Part shown: piece by piece, positions 39,101-52,211 of the stretch | Layout: the number at the start of each line of letters is the position of its first letter | Numbering within the stretch: position 1 is the first letter of the stretch | From: Antedon mediterranea | Taxonomy: Eukaryota; Animalia; Echinodermata | DNA length: 64,000 nucleotides | Direction of reading: 5' to 3' | Assembly (NCBI RefSeq): GCF_964355755.1 | Contig: NC_092675.1 | Coordinates: forward strand, 27,314,912-27,378,911 | Notes under the pieces: model-generated | The model's input: the letters and a program-made list of their open reading frames with translations, nothing else | Told to the model about the DNA's origin: nothing | Databases searched by the model: none | Program-made: the position numbers and the translations under genes

Positions 39101-42100
39101 GATGATTTCATGGAAATAGTAAAAACCTTAATAAACTAGGGACCAGTTGCTTTTTGTACTTTTCTGTGGTTTTATCCTTGATTATCCACTTGATCAACAG
39201 AATGAATAAGTAAATAAAAAAGAAACTTAATATATCTTGACTTAGCTTTTTGTCAAAACATGAAAAAGTATTGCATCCCTGGTTTTAATATACAAACAAA
39301 TACTAGAGGCCTACGGCAAAAATAAACTGTAGCTCAATTGAAGATAGAAGCAATGGTTTGCGATTATATGGTCAAACTTTAATATAATGCAAAAATGTAT
39401 TCAACTTTACTTGTTTCTTCTTTCATGACAACAACAATGTCCGACCATTTATTAATGTTGCCTTCTCTTGAATATCTGACGGCAACTTGTACCTCATACT
39501 CCTTGTAGCCTGTAGGTATGTCAAGAATTTTCTCAGACAAATCGTCATGTGATCTATCACAAGGGATCTGAAAAACAATACAAAAATATCAAAGTTTAGT
39601 GTGAGCAGAAAAAGGAAACAATAGTGTCTATGAAAGTGGGAACTATCGCCCAACAAATAATTTATTTAAATTTTAATTAATTTAAATTTATTTAATACAC
39701 TTCGCTTCCAGTCCATCGCCTCTCGTACAAATAGATTTCGTAATAGTTTTTACCCATCTGCCATTAGAATACTGAATCTTACAGAATGATGTGTCATGGC
39801 ATTTTGTTCTGTATTATATTGTGCTGTAGTTTCAGAGATACACACTTTTAGGCGAATGATGTAATTGAATTGAATTAAATGTACATAACGTACATTTTTT
39901 TAGGTTATTGGATTTTTAAAAACATACCTCGTTCTTCTCTGGAGGTTTCATGTTTGGATACACCTCCTTATAACTAACAACGTAAACATGCTCTATTTTA
40001 TATTTTGTTGGATCCCAATTTACTTTAAGTAACGTGTCATTTTCAATCCGTCCCACAACATTCTTTGGAGGATACATCATGACTATTAAAAGAAAAACAA
40101 GAAATTAGTGGCAGTGGTTTCAACATAATATATTACAATAAGAAAATGGCAATTCATTCATTTATCTAGTATGATTTTTCTGCTATATTGATTTTATATA
40201 ATTGCCCATTCACTGCACAGTGTTATTTCCAATTTTGTGCAGAAATAGTGATTTTGAAATTAATTGTTTTACTTACTAAAACAGTTTTTCAAAATTGTGT
40301 TTATATTGTACTGTAGGTGGGGGTTGGTCTAGGGGGAAACAAACAAAATTATGAAAGACTTTTTTTTCCCCATGAAATTCTTATAAAACTAGAAGGCCAC
40401 TATACAATTAGTATAATTCCCCTACATGATTTCCCCGACATTTTTTAAAAAGTTTTATGTCTAGTGCTCAGTGTGATTAGATTAAAGTGTACTACAACTT
40501 TTGAATGTGAGTTTGGTGTAATGGTTATATATCCAGCCTTACACTGTTGCGTTCCCTGGTTTATTTCCTGCTGTGAAGATCTTTTTTGTTTATCATCCTT
40601 ATTATTTCTTTTAATATTTTATTATTATTTTTAATAATTATAATATTTTATATTTTAATAACCTAAGGTTACGTTAAGACTGATCACTACCAGATCACCG
40701 GCTTCTCTATCAAGGCCTATTGTAAGCTCTCCTAACCTGGTAACAACAATCTTGAGCAGCTGTGCAAGCTGCACAATTTCAGATGTACAAGTATCGTACC
40801 TCTATAGATTATTGGACTAGCATTGTGTTGTCTGGTTGCTGAATTGTTTTTCTTTTTTGGCAGAATCCATTAATTAAAAACGAGAAAGACCCAATTTTAT
40901 ACAATTGTATGTTTTTCTTCATGATCAACTCTATATATCGTTGTGATGATATAAGTGTGATGCATGCAATTTCAATTATTAGAGTCGGCTTATTTTCCAC
41001 ATTATTGCAATTATAGGCCCATGTTGGATTTCTATTTACAAAAAAAATGTAGGCAAGTTTGCGACCTTTAAAAGACTGAGGAAAAAAATTAATAACTTAT
41101 ACTAACTTATAAATTGTGTGTATATAGAACTTACTGCTATAGAAAGCAAAATAAGCAATGTCGTGGTCTCCTAAAGCATTTGAGACATGCAACTGTACTT
41201 TCATTCTGCCATGGTCATAAGCTAAATCTATATATTCATTATGTGTCTTTTTATAATTTCTACAAAAAAAAAAGAGAAAAACATCATAATACATTTAGTC
41301 AATATTTATGAACAGTATATATGTGTACAGTTTATATATACAGTATATATAAATACCACAGGAACTGCAGAATATTAATTCTAAACTGCCTGGTAATAAA
41401 TAAATTAATTAATTTGAAATGATAAATAAATCTGTGAGAATGAGAAAAAGTTTCAAACCAGGATATGTAGATGCCCTAACCATTGAACTTTCAAACTATC
41501 AAATGTGGCATATCTTCATTTTTTTGTCACATCAAATTTGATAGTGTAGACAAAGCTTTACATTCTGTCTTTGACAAGGCAAATCCATGATTATATGCTG
41601 TAAGCAAACTCTCCATAAACTTACAATAAAGGTACTGAGGCCCTTCCATAGTAAATAAGGTACTCATTTGGAAGGTTTGTATCCAAGTCTCCAGGTAGCC
41701 ATGTGCATCTGAAATGTGTAATATTCGTCTCAAAGCATGTAAGATTTTTGATCGCTACCGGTCTACCTGTTGAAGGATATTAAATTTATTGTAATTGATA
41801 ACTTTACTGTACCATGTAGTAATTGAGAAATCAATTAAGTACACAAAAAAGCTGACACAAGAATAAGTGGTGGCCCTAGACCACACCGAGATACAATGGT
41901 GAGGTATGATAAACAATCAAGACGTCACTCATGTGAATAAGGCCACCGATGCTAGTAGCTGTAAACATGTACGATTATTCACCGCTCCCTGTTTACCTGT
42001 TGAAGGATATTAAATTTACTATAATTGATAAACAAATTTAATACACACAAAGAAACATTTTGTTAGAAAATGATATTACAACATTATATATATATATTTT

Positions 42101-42741
42101 TTTTTTTTAAACCATATTTAATGAGGGTGATCCATCCAGCTATTGCTGCAGTCATTAGGGACCCTTCGCAAGACAAACATTATACACAAGCTGCTCTACA
42201 TAACAAAGTCTTATTACAAGTCTTTGGAAGTGGAGAATTTGGTCCTTAGAAAAAATCCTGACATGTGACGGGACTTGAACCCAGGACCCTTGGAGTGGTA
42301 GCCAAGCATCATAACCACCAAGCCACAACTCCACCCAAACAAAATTTGATAGGATATTCTGGGACCTGTTCACTAGATCGTTGACTGATGCTGCAGTCCT
42401 AGAATAAAGCCCATTCTGTTTTCTTAGAAAAGTTCATATTTATTTTGACTAATTGTAACATTTTATTTCTAGTTTTAAGGTTTAACTAAATTGAGTAATC
42501 GGAATATACCTACGTCCAAAAGTGATGAAGACCTCTTGCCTGTCATTAGAAACTCGACAAGAATATTTACCACTTTGATCAAAAGATGACATATTAATTC
42601 CCAAAATCGATTCATTAGATTCTAAAATGGTCTCAATAAAATACCATGTTATTGTATATGCTGTCATATCCAAGTTGCAGCGTAACTCTAATACATCACC
42701 CTCAATAAGTTCAAAAGTTTTTGGTTTGCTAGGCAATGTCA
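36137..42741 (-). CDS. Class I cytokine-receptor-like protein (gp130/Domeless family): Ig + cytokine-binding module + FN3 + TM + short tail; N-terminal exon(s) not resolved
   Basis: Nine phase-compatible GT-AG exons: 42741-42514 (Ig: ELRC..W..SGKYSC); 41766-41625 (KNLTCFETNITHFRCTWLPG); 41259-41135 (VSNALG); 40082-39928 (PPKNV..LKVNW); 39567-39411 (YEVQVAVR..INKWSD); 39050-38977; 38209-38086 (ELPPEKQNGHLLKY); 36973-36863 (LAPYNDY..AHNSVG); 36342-36137 (TM plus tail, stop). Confidence 0.85.
37489..38018. repeat. Truncated Harbinger MITE copy plus ~149-bp tandem duplication
   Basis: 37489-37770 matches 23170 onward; 37721-37869 is repeated at 37870-38018. Confidence 0.85.
42100..42335 (-). mobile_element. 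tRNA-derived SINE with LINE-like 3' tail
   Basis: Minus-strand A box TGGCTTGGTGG, B box GGTTCAAGTCC, body, 3' GAAGGG...ACCCTC...TAAATA hairpin and A-tail. Confidence 0.75.
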
Positions 42742-42850
42742 CTGTAAAAGAAAAAATTTGTTCACCTATGTTATAGGTGTACTGGATTCAAAAGTGAAGG
42801 TGAAAGAAATGTCATAATCTACATTAAATGAAATGCTATTCATTAAGCAT

Positions 42851-43013
42851 TATACGGTATATTTTGGAATATACCGTATAATAGCCACAAACGATGGGAA
42901 TATTTATATATACGGTATATTCTTTATGAGACCCGTTTCTGCTGCCAAAAAATATACCGTATATAAAATATACCGTATATATACGGTATATTTTTGGCAG
43001 CAGAAACGGGGCC
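42851..43013 (-). mobile_element. Fragment of the 2116-2993 MITE family
   Basis: Near-identical reverse complement of 2116-~2297 with a small deletion. Confidence 0.85.
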
Positions 43014-44333
43014 ATGTATGGATCTCTCAAAAAAGAACTTATTCCCTAATTTTCAAATCAAATTATAGCAAATAAAGTATATTCTAATCATTCATTTTAG
43101 GAACAATTACATTTTTATAATAATATGTCCATCCATTTTTTCAACTTCCTTTTATAACCACAGGCTTTGTATATAATTGTTTTGTATAATTTATATAGAT
43201 TTATATATATAATTTATATAGATTTTTATTAATTCATTTTTAAAATGTTATCTAAGCATACTACATATATATACTACGTTCTCAAAATAATGTGTGAAAC
43301 AGAGACTACTGTACATCTTATCCTTCTTTTTTTAATTTAAAAAATAAATAATCAAATAAAATCAAATGATCATTGCTAATAATTGATCAGAAAACTACAA
43401 GTATGTGTGAGAATTTCACTGTATGCACGTACTGTACGAAAGTACAATTTACAACATTTCTATTGTTTTTTTAAAATTTAGCATCGAAAATCTTAAAATT
43501 GATTTAAGTGCATGTGATATTAACAACATGATGCAACACCTTGTGCAATGTACTCAAAATGAAATTCTATGCGTTGATTGGATGCTGAAAAATATAAATT
43601 TGGAAATCATTGTGAAACAACAAAAGAACAAGGGTGTGCTAACCAATGCTTACCGGTATTGTATCAGGAAACATTAAAAAAAAAAACACAAAAACAAAGG
43701 AAGAAAATACAGATTTAAAAACAAAGTAAAAAAACAAGGTAGCCTGAAAACATGCAAGTCTGTGTCTGCAGTAAGGTCTGTTAGCCTGAATTCTGTGCAA
43801 GGCTGCAGCCTATTGTGATATGTAGCTACAAGCTTGGAATTATGTGCAAGTATGCATCCAGAAGACTATTCAAACCTGCAGCCATGTAGAATTCTATCCA
43901 AGGCTGCAGCAACATTATTTTGCAGCAGCAAAAGTCTGCTGACATTTAAATCTTTCAACTCATTAAAATATTTTCCTTATTCAACTCATAAGACATTCAT
44001 AATTATTTGAACGCTATCAATGCATGAGACTGTTGTTTACAAAAGTGAAGAATTCCTGTGAAAAAAAAGTCTAAAGCCTGGGCAGTTGGTTCAGGAAAAA
44101 GATTCAAAAACATAATCAATTTGATTTTAATCATACAAAAAATTATAAGGAAGTGTTTTATTTTCATAGAAGCGCAAAAAATATTTTTTGTTGACCTTTT
44201 TATAACTTAGAGAATGAGTAGGAAAAAATTAACTGTAAATATAGCACCAAAATAAATAACAACTTTAAGTTGCTATTATGTGATTAGAACATGTATGGTG
44301 TAAACAACATGCCTCTCCCCTTGGGTAGGCATG

Positions 44334-47300
44334 TTAAAACCTATAAAAACAATGGACAAGAAATTGAAGTTAAAGATTAAAAACAAATAAACATGTGTAA
44401 TAATATTAGGAATTTTGACCGTATTAGTAATTTGTAATTATTAAAAATTATGGGGTAAGGGGTAACATTTTCGCTAATAACTTTGAATTTATTGAACATA
44501 TTTTGCATTTCTTGGTAACAATAAGTAGGGTACTGTATAAACTGTTTAATCAAAAATTGTTATATTCAAAAATTATGCAACATTTTGATCTCAAATAATA
44601 GTGGTTGTGTAGTTTTATTTAAAGCCTGTAGACAAAATTTTAGTATTTAGTGTTGTTGTGGGGTACACAATGCACACATTATGCATGACTTGTTGGAGGG
44701 TATAAATTATTGAAAAAAAAATTAATGATTTTGTTTTAATATGATAGGAGTTTTATAAAAACATATATTTCATCGTGAAATTACAGGGTGGATAAACTAT
44801 TTTATAATTTATCGTGATTATAAACTAAGTCTCACTTAAGGCTTAAGGAGTGGAGTTGAAAGAGTCGTGAGTTACAAGCCTGGCACTAGGTCAGGATTGA
44901 ACCACGGAACTTGGGATTGGAAGGCAAGCATGTTAACCACCAAGCTACAGCTCCACTACTTTAGATAGGGTATTTGGTTATTTTTTAAATACATCCTACG
45001 GCTCGCTACTGTTTTTAGGCTATACTGTATGTAAATTGTTATTATTTTACAGATTGTACTTTAAATCAATTAATCGACTTATATAGCAATTTTAAAAATG
45101 ACACTAGGGCCTACCAATTAAATTTGTACAGTATTTAAAAGATATTCTTTTTCTATAAATGTTCATCTGACATTTTCCTGTATCTTGGTTTACAAAAATG
45201 AACTCCGTAACAATATGTAAATGTTTCAGATCTGCATATCAGCTGCAGTTTAGCAATTCACACTTTCTCGAAAAATTAATTCTATTATATTACATCGTCA
45301 AATTCCAGTAAAGGAATATAATAGAGATACTCAGTTCTTTCAAACGTATGTGGAAGATGTGGAACTGCAGCTAATATGAAAATCTAAAAAATTGACATAT
45401 TAATGAGTTTGAATAAACTAACTGTTTTCTTTAAATCAAGATGAAGTAAAATGTAATTGTCCTGTAATATTACAATACCATAACAGTTTTGTTTAGAAAA
45501 AACTATCTCATTTGCATTTGCAAACCAGATGAACAATTATAACCTTAGAATATCTTATCAGTTACAAATAAAAGATATAATTGGTAATCTAAACAATTTC
45601 TATGATTACTATAGACAATTGAATGTTTAGAATGTAAATTATAAAAAACAATTTACAACACAGAAGCTGGATATGTTTATTTAATATCCTCATATTTAAA
45701 TTTCATTTATTTTAATTAATAATAAATCAAATAATGTATAGCTTCCAAAAAGTCATGCATTTTGTTATTTCGTACCCCATAACAATACTAAACGGTGAAT
45801 TTTTTCCTATAGGTTTAATAAGTTAAAAACCACATAAATCTATTGGTAATAACATTTTGATAATTTTTTAATATATAGCAATTAAACAGTTTATATACTA
45901 CTTATTGGTTCCTAGAAATGCAAAATATGTAGACTAAATTCAAAGTTATTACCAAAAATGTTACCCCTTACCCCATAATTTTTAATAATTACAAATTACT
46001 ATTACGGTCACAATTCCTAATATTATTACACATGTTTATTTGTTTTTAATCTTTAACTTCAATTTCTTGTCCATTGTTTTTATAGGTTTTAAAAAAAATT
46101 TAGATTTGGTGTATTTTTGCGTTAAATATTGAAACTTTATTAATGTTAAATTTGGACGAAATTGCATTTCTTTAAATGTTCAATGACCATTTGACCTACA
46201 ATGATGTCAATATATGTTACGTTTTATTTTTTCACAATGATAACAATTAGGCAACCTACGCAGTACATATTAATACCAAAAATATGCAAATGTGATCACT
46301 AAATACAAAGTTATTAGGAAAAATGTAATAATACTATTAACAGACAGAATGTCCTCATAAATTCACAGAATATTTGTTTGTTAAATTCAATTTTCTTATT
46401 TATTGTGTCTATAGGTTTAAGAAAACATTAGTTTGCATAAGATATCTTGTATTTTTGTGTTTAAAATTGAAATTTATAAGCTAATTTAGAAGAAATTGCA
46501 TTTTTGATTAAAGGTTATTGACCTTTGACCTCTAAAAGACATCAATAGATGTTCGATTCATTTTTTAAAAGCATATTACAATAAAGAAATCCATACACTA
46601 CATACTGATAACAAGAAAATGTAAATCTGTTCACTAAATCTTAAGTTATTTGCAAAAACGTTACCCCCTACCCCATTATTGTCAAAGATAACTAATGACG
46701 AACAAGTTTCGTTATAATGCACAGCATATTCAATTTAGAAAAAATGTTAAATTCAATTTTCTTATTTATTGTGTCTATAGGTTTAAGAAAACATTAGTTT
46801 GCATAAGATTTCCTGTATTTTTGTGTTTAAAATTGAAATTTATAAGCTAATTTAGAAGAAATTGCATTTTTTATTAAAGGTCAGTGACCTTTTGACCTCT
46901 AAAGATGTCAATAAATGCGGGATTCATTTTTAAAAAGTATATTACAATTAGGCAATCTATACACTACATACTGATAGCAAGAAAATGCAAATCTGTTAAC
47001 TAAATTGTAAGTTATTCGCAAAAATGTTACCCCCTACCCCATAATTGTAAACGATTACAAATTACTAAAAACAACAAATTTCTTCATAATACACAGCATA
47101 TTCATATTTTGTTAATCTTTAACTTCAATTTTCTTCTTTATTGGGTCTATATGTTCATGAAAACATCAGTTTGCATAACATCTATTGTATTTTTTTGTGT
47201 AAAAAACTGAAAGTTATAAGTTAATATTAGACAAAAAATCATTTTTTACTAAAGTTCAATGACCTTCTGATCTCTAATGGCGTCAATAATTGTTGGATTT

Positions 47301-47606
47301 ACTTAGAAAAATATATTACACTTAAGCAGTCTATACACTACATATTGATACCAAGAAAATGCAAATCTGTTCATTAAATCCCGAGTTATTAGCAAAAGTG
47401 TTACCCCCTACCCCAAAATTTTGTGGTGCATATTTTCCGTAGGCGGTGTTATATAATCCTAAAAAATTACTATTAAGCTGTACAATTGGCATTGCTATCA
47501 TGGATTTCTGAAAAGTAGACATATTAAGCTTTCCAAAAATGTATGGTAGCATTTGCCACCAATTTGATACTGCTTTCGCAAAAAACTGGACCTGGCCCAT
47601 GGACTA
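44334..47606. mobile_element. Academ-like non-autonomous element end with ~360-bp tandem array and an inverted unit
   Basis: GTTACCCCT/CTACCCCA units at ~45960, 46660, 47026 and 47400; 44334-44470 is a near-perfect inversion of 45956-46092; the terminus ...CCTGGCCCATGGACTA (TAGTCC on the other strand) is Academ-like. Confidence 0.55.
44815..44958 (-). mobile_element. tRNA(Gly-like)-headed SINE fragment
   Basis: Minus-strand TAGCTTGGTGG A box, GCCTTCCAA anticodon-like loop, GGTTCAATCC B box. Confidence 0.6.
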
Positions 47607-50600
47607 TGGTGGATTTTTCGTCCAGATGGTTTTCTAATTTTTTATAGCCAGAGGCGTAAGTTAATTGCCACACGCGACCTCACAGTTGGAAGTACACGGT
47701 AGTTTCAGTCCCGTCCGAGATGGATCTATTGTCAATTTTTACTATTCAGAACACCAAGGCTAGCCAAAATAATTGGTTTTTTTTTCTGGTGTTGGAAGAG
47801 TTTCTGGTTTTCAGAATCTGAATAAGACAACTAAACATGAATAAGCAAAACACTCAATCAATACATAATTCAAAACACCAAGCCTTCTATAAAAAAACTA
47901 GGCCTTCATTATTTATTCAATTTTTTGATTACAATACTCTTTTGACACTAATAATAATAATGTAGTTTTTAGTGGTAAATATTCACATTTTTTAGTGTAA
48001 TATTAATTCTCTGAAGCAGGTCAAATTTTGCTAATAATAAAATATTTTTACCCATATTTTTGTCAAATTCTAGCAATAGAACAAGTCATTTAGCAACAGA
48101 ACATTAAGACTCCGTGTGTAAAAGAGAAACAGATTGTTACTGTGAGGCTAAGAAAAACATCACACAATAATTCTGAACAATGTATTCAATTACAGATTTC
48201 TGAAGCGCACAACATATTAACAAATTAAGGAATATGTAATTGGGTTAATTGCACAAGTGCAGCTAACCTTGATAATACAAACTTTTCAGATCTTACTTTT
48301 TTAATATTTCATACTCATCCAACAGCGAGCACAAACTCGCCAATTACAGGTTGGACAAACTATTTTATAATTTAACTTAGGCTACTTGCCTAATTGTTGT
48401 CATTTGAGGGTGCTGTGTCATGGAAACACCATTAATGGATAGGGGAGCATCCTTAGAAATGTTATTCTATAGTGTCAGCCTATAATAAATATATACAGTA
48501 CTACAATAAAATTACATTTGTTTCATGGTGAAATTTTATGCAAATATTACACTTGCTCATTGTAGGAAGAGTGAGTTAATTCATAGAAATCATAGTGAAC
48601 TGTGATAAATGATCAATTATTATTCCAGCATTCTCATAACAGAATTTAAAATGGTGTTAAAAACATTTAAAAAAAAGAAAATGTTGATGTAGGCCAACTA
48701 TAGCCATGTTAAATTTCTAGAGCAATCAGACAATACACTTTATCAAAGGAATTGGTAAAGAACCCCAAAAACATAATGACATTTTTTATATTTATTTCTT
48801 TTTATATTTATAGATACGTATTTATTATATTATCACCTACTGTGGGGTTTGGTACCTCACTTTGTCCTAAAATCTGTATTCAAAACAATTTTAGAATAAT
48901 GGTAAGAATGCCATTTCAAAAGCATTGTCATGTGACGACGTACATGGAACTAGCATTTCAATTAATTGAAATGGCCTAATTTTACAATAGTTATTAAGAT
49001 CAATTTGCTAAAATGGTTTTTGGAAATCTATTGCTGAAATTAAATTGAAGTCTTTAATATGGGTTTTTTTTGTTTTTTCATTTCTTACAATTTCAGATAA
49101 AGAACAGATGGAGTCAACAAAGTGATCCATTTTCATAATAATTAATTAAAATAAAATAAAACTTAATTTATATGATTATTGAATATTGATGATTTTTTGG
49201 TGAATTTATTTTTCATGAAACATGTACGTATGGCGAATTATTTATAGCTTATTGTGAACACTGAAGATTTAATTGAACACAATTTCTAAATAAATATAAA
49301 AATCGTATAATGCATTTTCTTATAGGAACATAATGTGTATGCATTTTATTTAAAATGTTATTAAATAAAGTATACTAAAATTACCATTATGATAAATTAA
49401 AATTATATTATTGTCATTATACCATGTGTTTTGTTATTTGTTTCATGTATTTCTTTGTGAGAGCTTCTTGACTATTATACATTTATAAGTAATTTTTCTT
49501 CATTAATCTATCATGTTCTGTTTTGATGCTGTGTAGCAAATTCAATTAAATTTATATTTATTTAGCATGGTTCTTAACATTTTTTGTATTTGTGAGACAA
49601 AAAATGATGAACAAACATAAATACATACAGAAACAGTTTATATAAATGTTAATCACAATAAGCAGAAGAAGGGAATTAGATAATTTTGGATTTATAAAAG
49701 TCTAGTAAAAACCTGCTCAAGGTTGAATAAAAACGTGCTTGTTGAAAATGTATGAAGCATTTTGTTTTTGTAAATCGTTAAAGTTAAGAGTGAATAACTT
49801 AATGCAATAGGAAGACACACATACTACTTTGTGACAATTATGCTGCAGAACATTAATCTATTAAAATTTTCACCCGAAGACTTTTACTAAATCAAATCAA
49901 CATTGGATGATCCGTCACTATGAAACGCATAAGCGCAGAATAAAAACCGCTATACGCCTAGAGAATTTGCAGATTTTTGGAATAGAACTTCCTGACACAA
50001 TGTTGAATTAATCGATATTTTAAATAAAAGGCCATTAATTTGATGAAATTAAAGATAAAAATTATTAGTTCTAGAAATCCATTAATAATATTATCCTTCA
50101 ATAGGTCAATTTGGTGCACTTCTCGATTATTATCCTACGCTAGCTATTAAATATTAAATATACCTCATTACCGCAAGTAATGTCCTTTTAATTAATTCTT
50201 ATCGAGTAAAAGTATCACATATCAGTGATTTTGTAATTGTATACTTACTTAATTTTCAAATTATTAGAAAATAAAATGATGGGAAAATACTGTATAATAT
50301 CCATGGGAGGAGTATCCAGGATTTTGTAATGGGTGGGAAGAAATGAGAAGACCTTAACAATTGTAAAATTCAGAAGACCCTAACAATTGTAAAATGAATT
50401 ACTCAAAACATATTTATGTCCTATTGCTATTTTAAAAATGTATTTTGTATTATTTATTTACCATTTTAAAGATGATAAAACCTATGCAGATTCTTCATTA
50501 AAGAAACTGCTTTTAAGGGGTACCCTACTCTAATAATTTAAATAAAATATCCCAATATAAAAACACACAAGGCAAAAACAATACAACATTTAGGGAGATC

Positions 50601-50708
50601 AGGCTGGCTAGACATTCCTTGTGGGGAGGGAGCAGGAGAGGGGGAGGGAGCAGGAGAGGTGGAGGGGGGGGGGGGGTGCGCAAGTTGCGAAATTATTTTC
50701 TGAACTTA

Positions 50709-51064
50709 AAGACACTAAATCTATGTTTTTTACCTAATTTAAGGTTACCCACTACATTTTATGTAAAAATAAATACCATATGGACCTATTGCAATATTTT
50801 TTTTCCTTTTTAAAAGGTTACAAATTTGAAAATTAAGTCGATTCTAATAGTGGCCCGCTATAAATCCCAACATGCACCACGCACGGATTGATATTTTCAT
50901 ATTGTGATGTGATGCACCCACTTCGATCAATCGTGTAAAAGGGTAAACAAATAAAAGAACCGTAACGTTTCAGCTAAAATACCAGATCTTGCCAAATTTG
51001 TATTAATGGAATCTGCCAAAAAAGGAAAGACAATTAATTCAGCAACGTCAGGCTAGGCCTATAG
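50709..51064 (+). mobile_element. Diverged, truncated Kolobok-type MITE (5418-6040 family)
   Basis: TTAA|AGAC start; colinear similarity to 5418-5790 (GGCCCGCTATAAAT, AAAGACAATTAAT, CAACGTCAGGCTAGG). Confidence 0.7.
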
Positions 51065-51399
51065 TCAAAATAATACCTGAGGACACTTCCAACACACCAA
51101 CAGCAACCGGGAATCCACAAAATTTTAGGATTCAGCCAAGTAGCCTTTTTTGTAATTAAAATCTCATTACACGGAATCTCTTCGATGTTATACAACACAC
51201 TTCTTGTAGGCGTGTTGAATATGCGTGTAATAGCGTGTTGTATAAACGGGGCCTTATATCAACAATTTCATCTTCAGCGTTTTTACTACACAGTCTATGA
51301 TATTGATACATGATACTGTATCTATTAAGCAAGAACACGTCTTGTCCTGAGGACATCAGGCATACATAATTTATGAATTGAATCAACAAGATTGTCTCC

Positions 51400-52086
51400 T
51401 TGGAAAAAGACATTACCATCCTCAATCTTGAAATCACCGGTTTACAAAAAGAACTGAGGAATTTGCACGCCGATATGCAGGAAAATTCTGATTTCATGGA
51501 TGTTAAGCTGAAGGATATTGCCGAGGATACGCAGCAATCCACTACGGAATGCATAGAAGAGATACGCGACAAAATCGACAACCTAGAAGGACGTCAACGC
51601 CGTAACAATCTGAGGTTTACTGGCATACCCGAACAAGCGGAGGATAGCGAAGGTACTGTTAATTTCCTTTCCTCATTTATTTCCAATACCACCGGCATCA
51701 AAATCGCTAATGATGATATACAACGAGCCCATCGAGTTGGACCACGTAATACCACCAGGGATAAACCGAGACCACTTGTTGCATACTTTCTCAGATATTC
51801 CACTAAAGAAAGAGTACGCAAGGCAGCTCCAAAAGTGAGACCTAAATTTAAAGATAATAACATCTACGTAAATGATGATTTTACCAGCAGAGTGATAAGT
51901 AGAAGAAAGGCATTATACTCATCGATGAAATACCTGCATTCCAACAAAGTAAAGGCCTGGCTCCACCTTGACAAATTGCGTTACATAGATGCAAATGGTT
52001 ATGTTCGCACATTCATTGACATGGATCATCTTGCCAAATACTACCCGAACCTCAAGGAAGCACATGCCCCCGAAGCTACTGAGTAA
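51400..52086 (+). CDS. LINE ORF1 (L1-ORF1/Transposase_22-like coiled coil + RRM), 5' end disrupted
   Basis: LEGRQRRNNLRFTGIPE, IQRAHRVG, PRPLVAYF and IYVNDDFT motifs. Confidence 0.88.
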   Translation: MEKDITILNLEITGLQKELRNLHADMQENSDFMDVKLKDIAEDTQQSTTECIEEIRDKIDNLEGRQRRNNLRFTGIPEQAEDSEGTVNFLSSFISNTTGIKIANDDIQRAHRVGPRNTTRDKPRPLVAYFLRYSTKERVRKAAPKVRPKFKDNNIYVNDDFTSRVISRRKALYSSMKYLHSNKVKAWLHLDKLRYIDANGYVRTFIDMDHLAKYYPNLKEAHAPEATE

Positions 52087-52211
52087 TTCTAGTCGTCGCA
52101 ATAATTTAACTTTACTTTGACTCTACTTACCGTCAACCGAAATATTACCTATAATACATTTTTATTTCAAGAATTGTTTATTTTGCTTCTCATTAATTAT
52201 GTATTAATGAG

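Noticed and set aside
48837-49701. Candidate N-terminal receptor exons (30-nt GQSEVPNPTV at 48866-48837; hydrophobic 49701-49629)
   Set aside because: Each is plausible alone, but joining them creates TGA and no start codon was found, so they are left out of the gene model.
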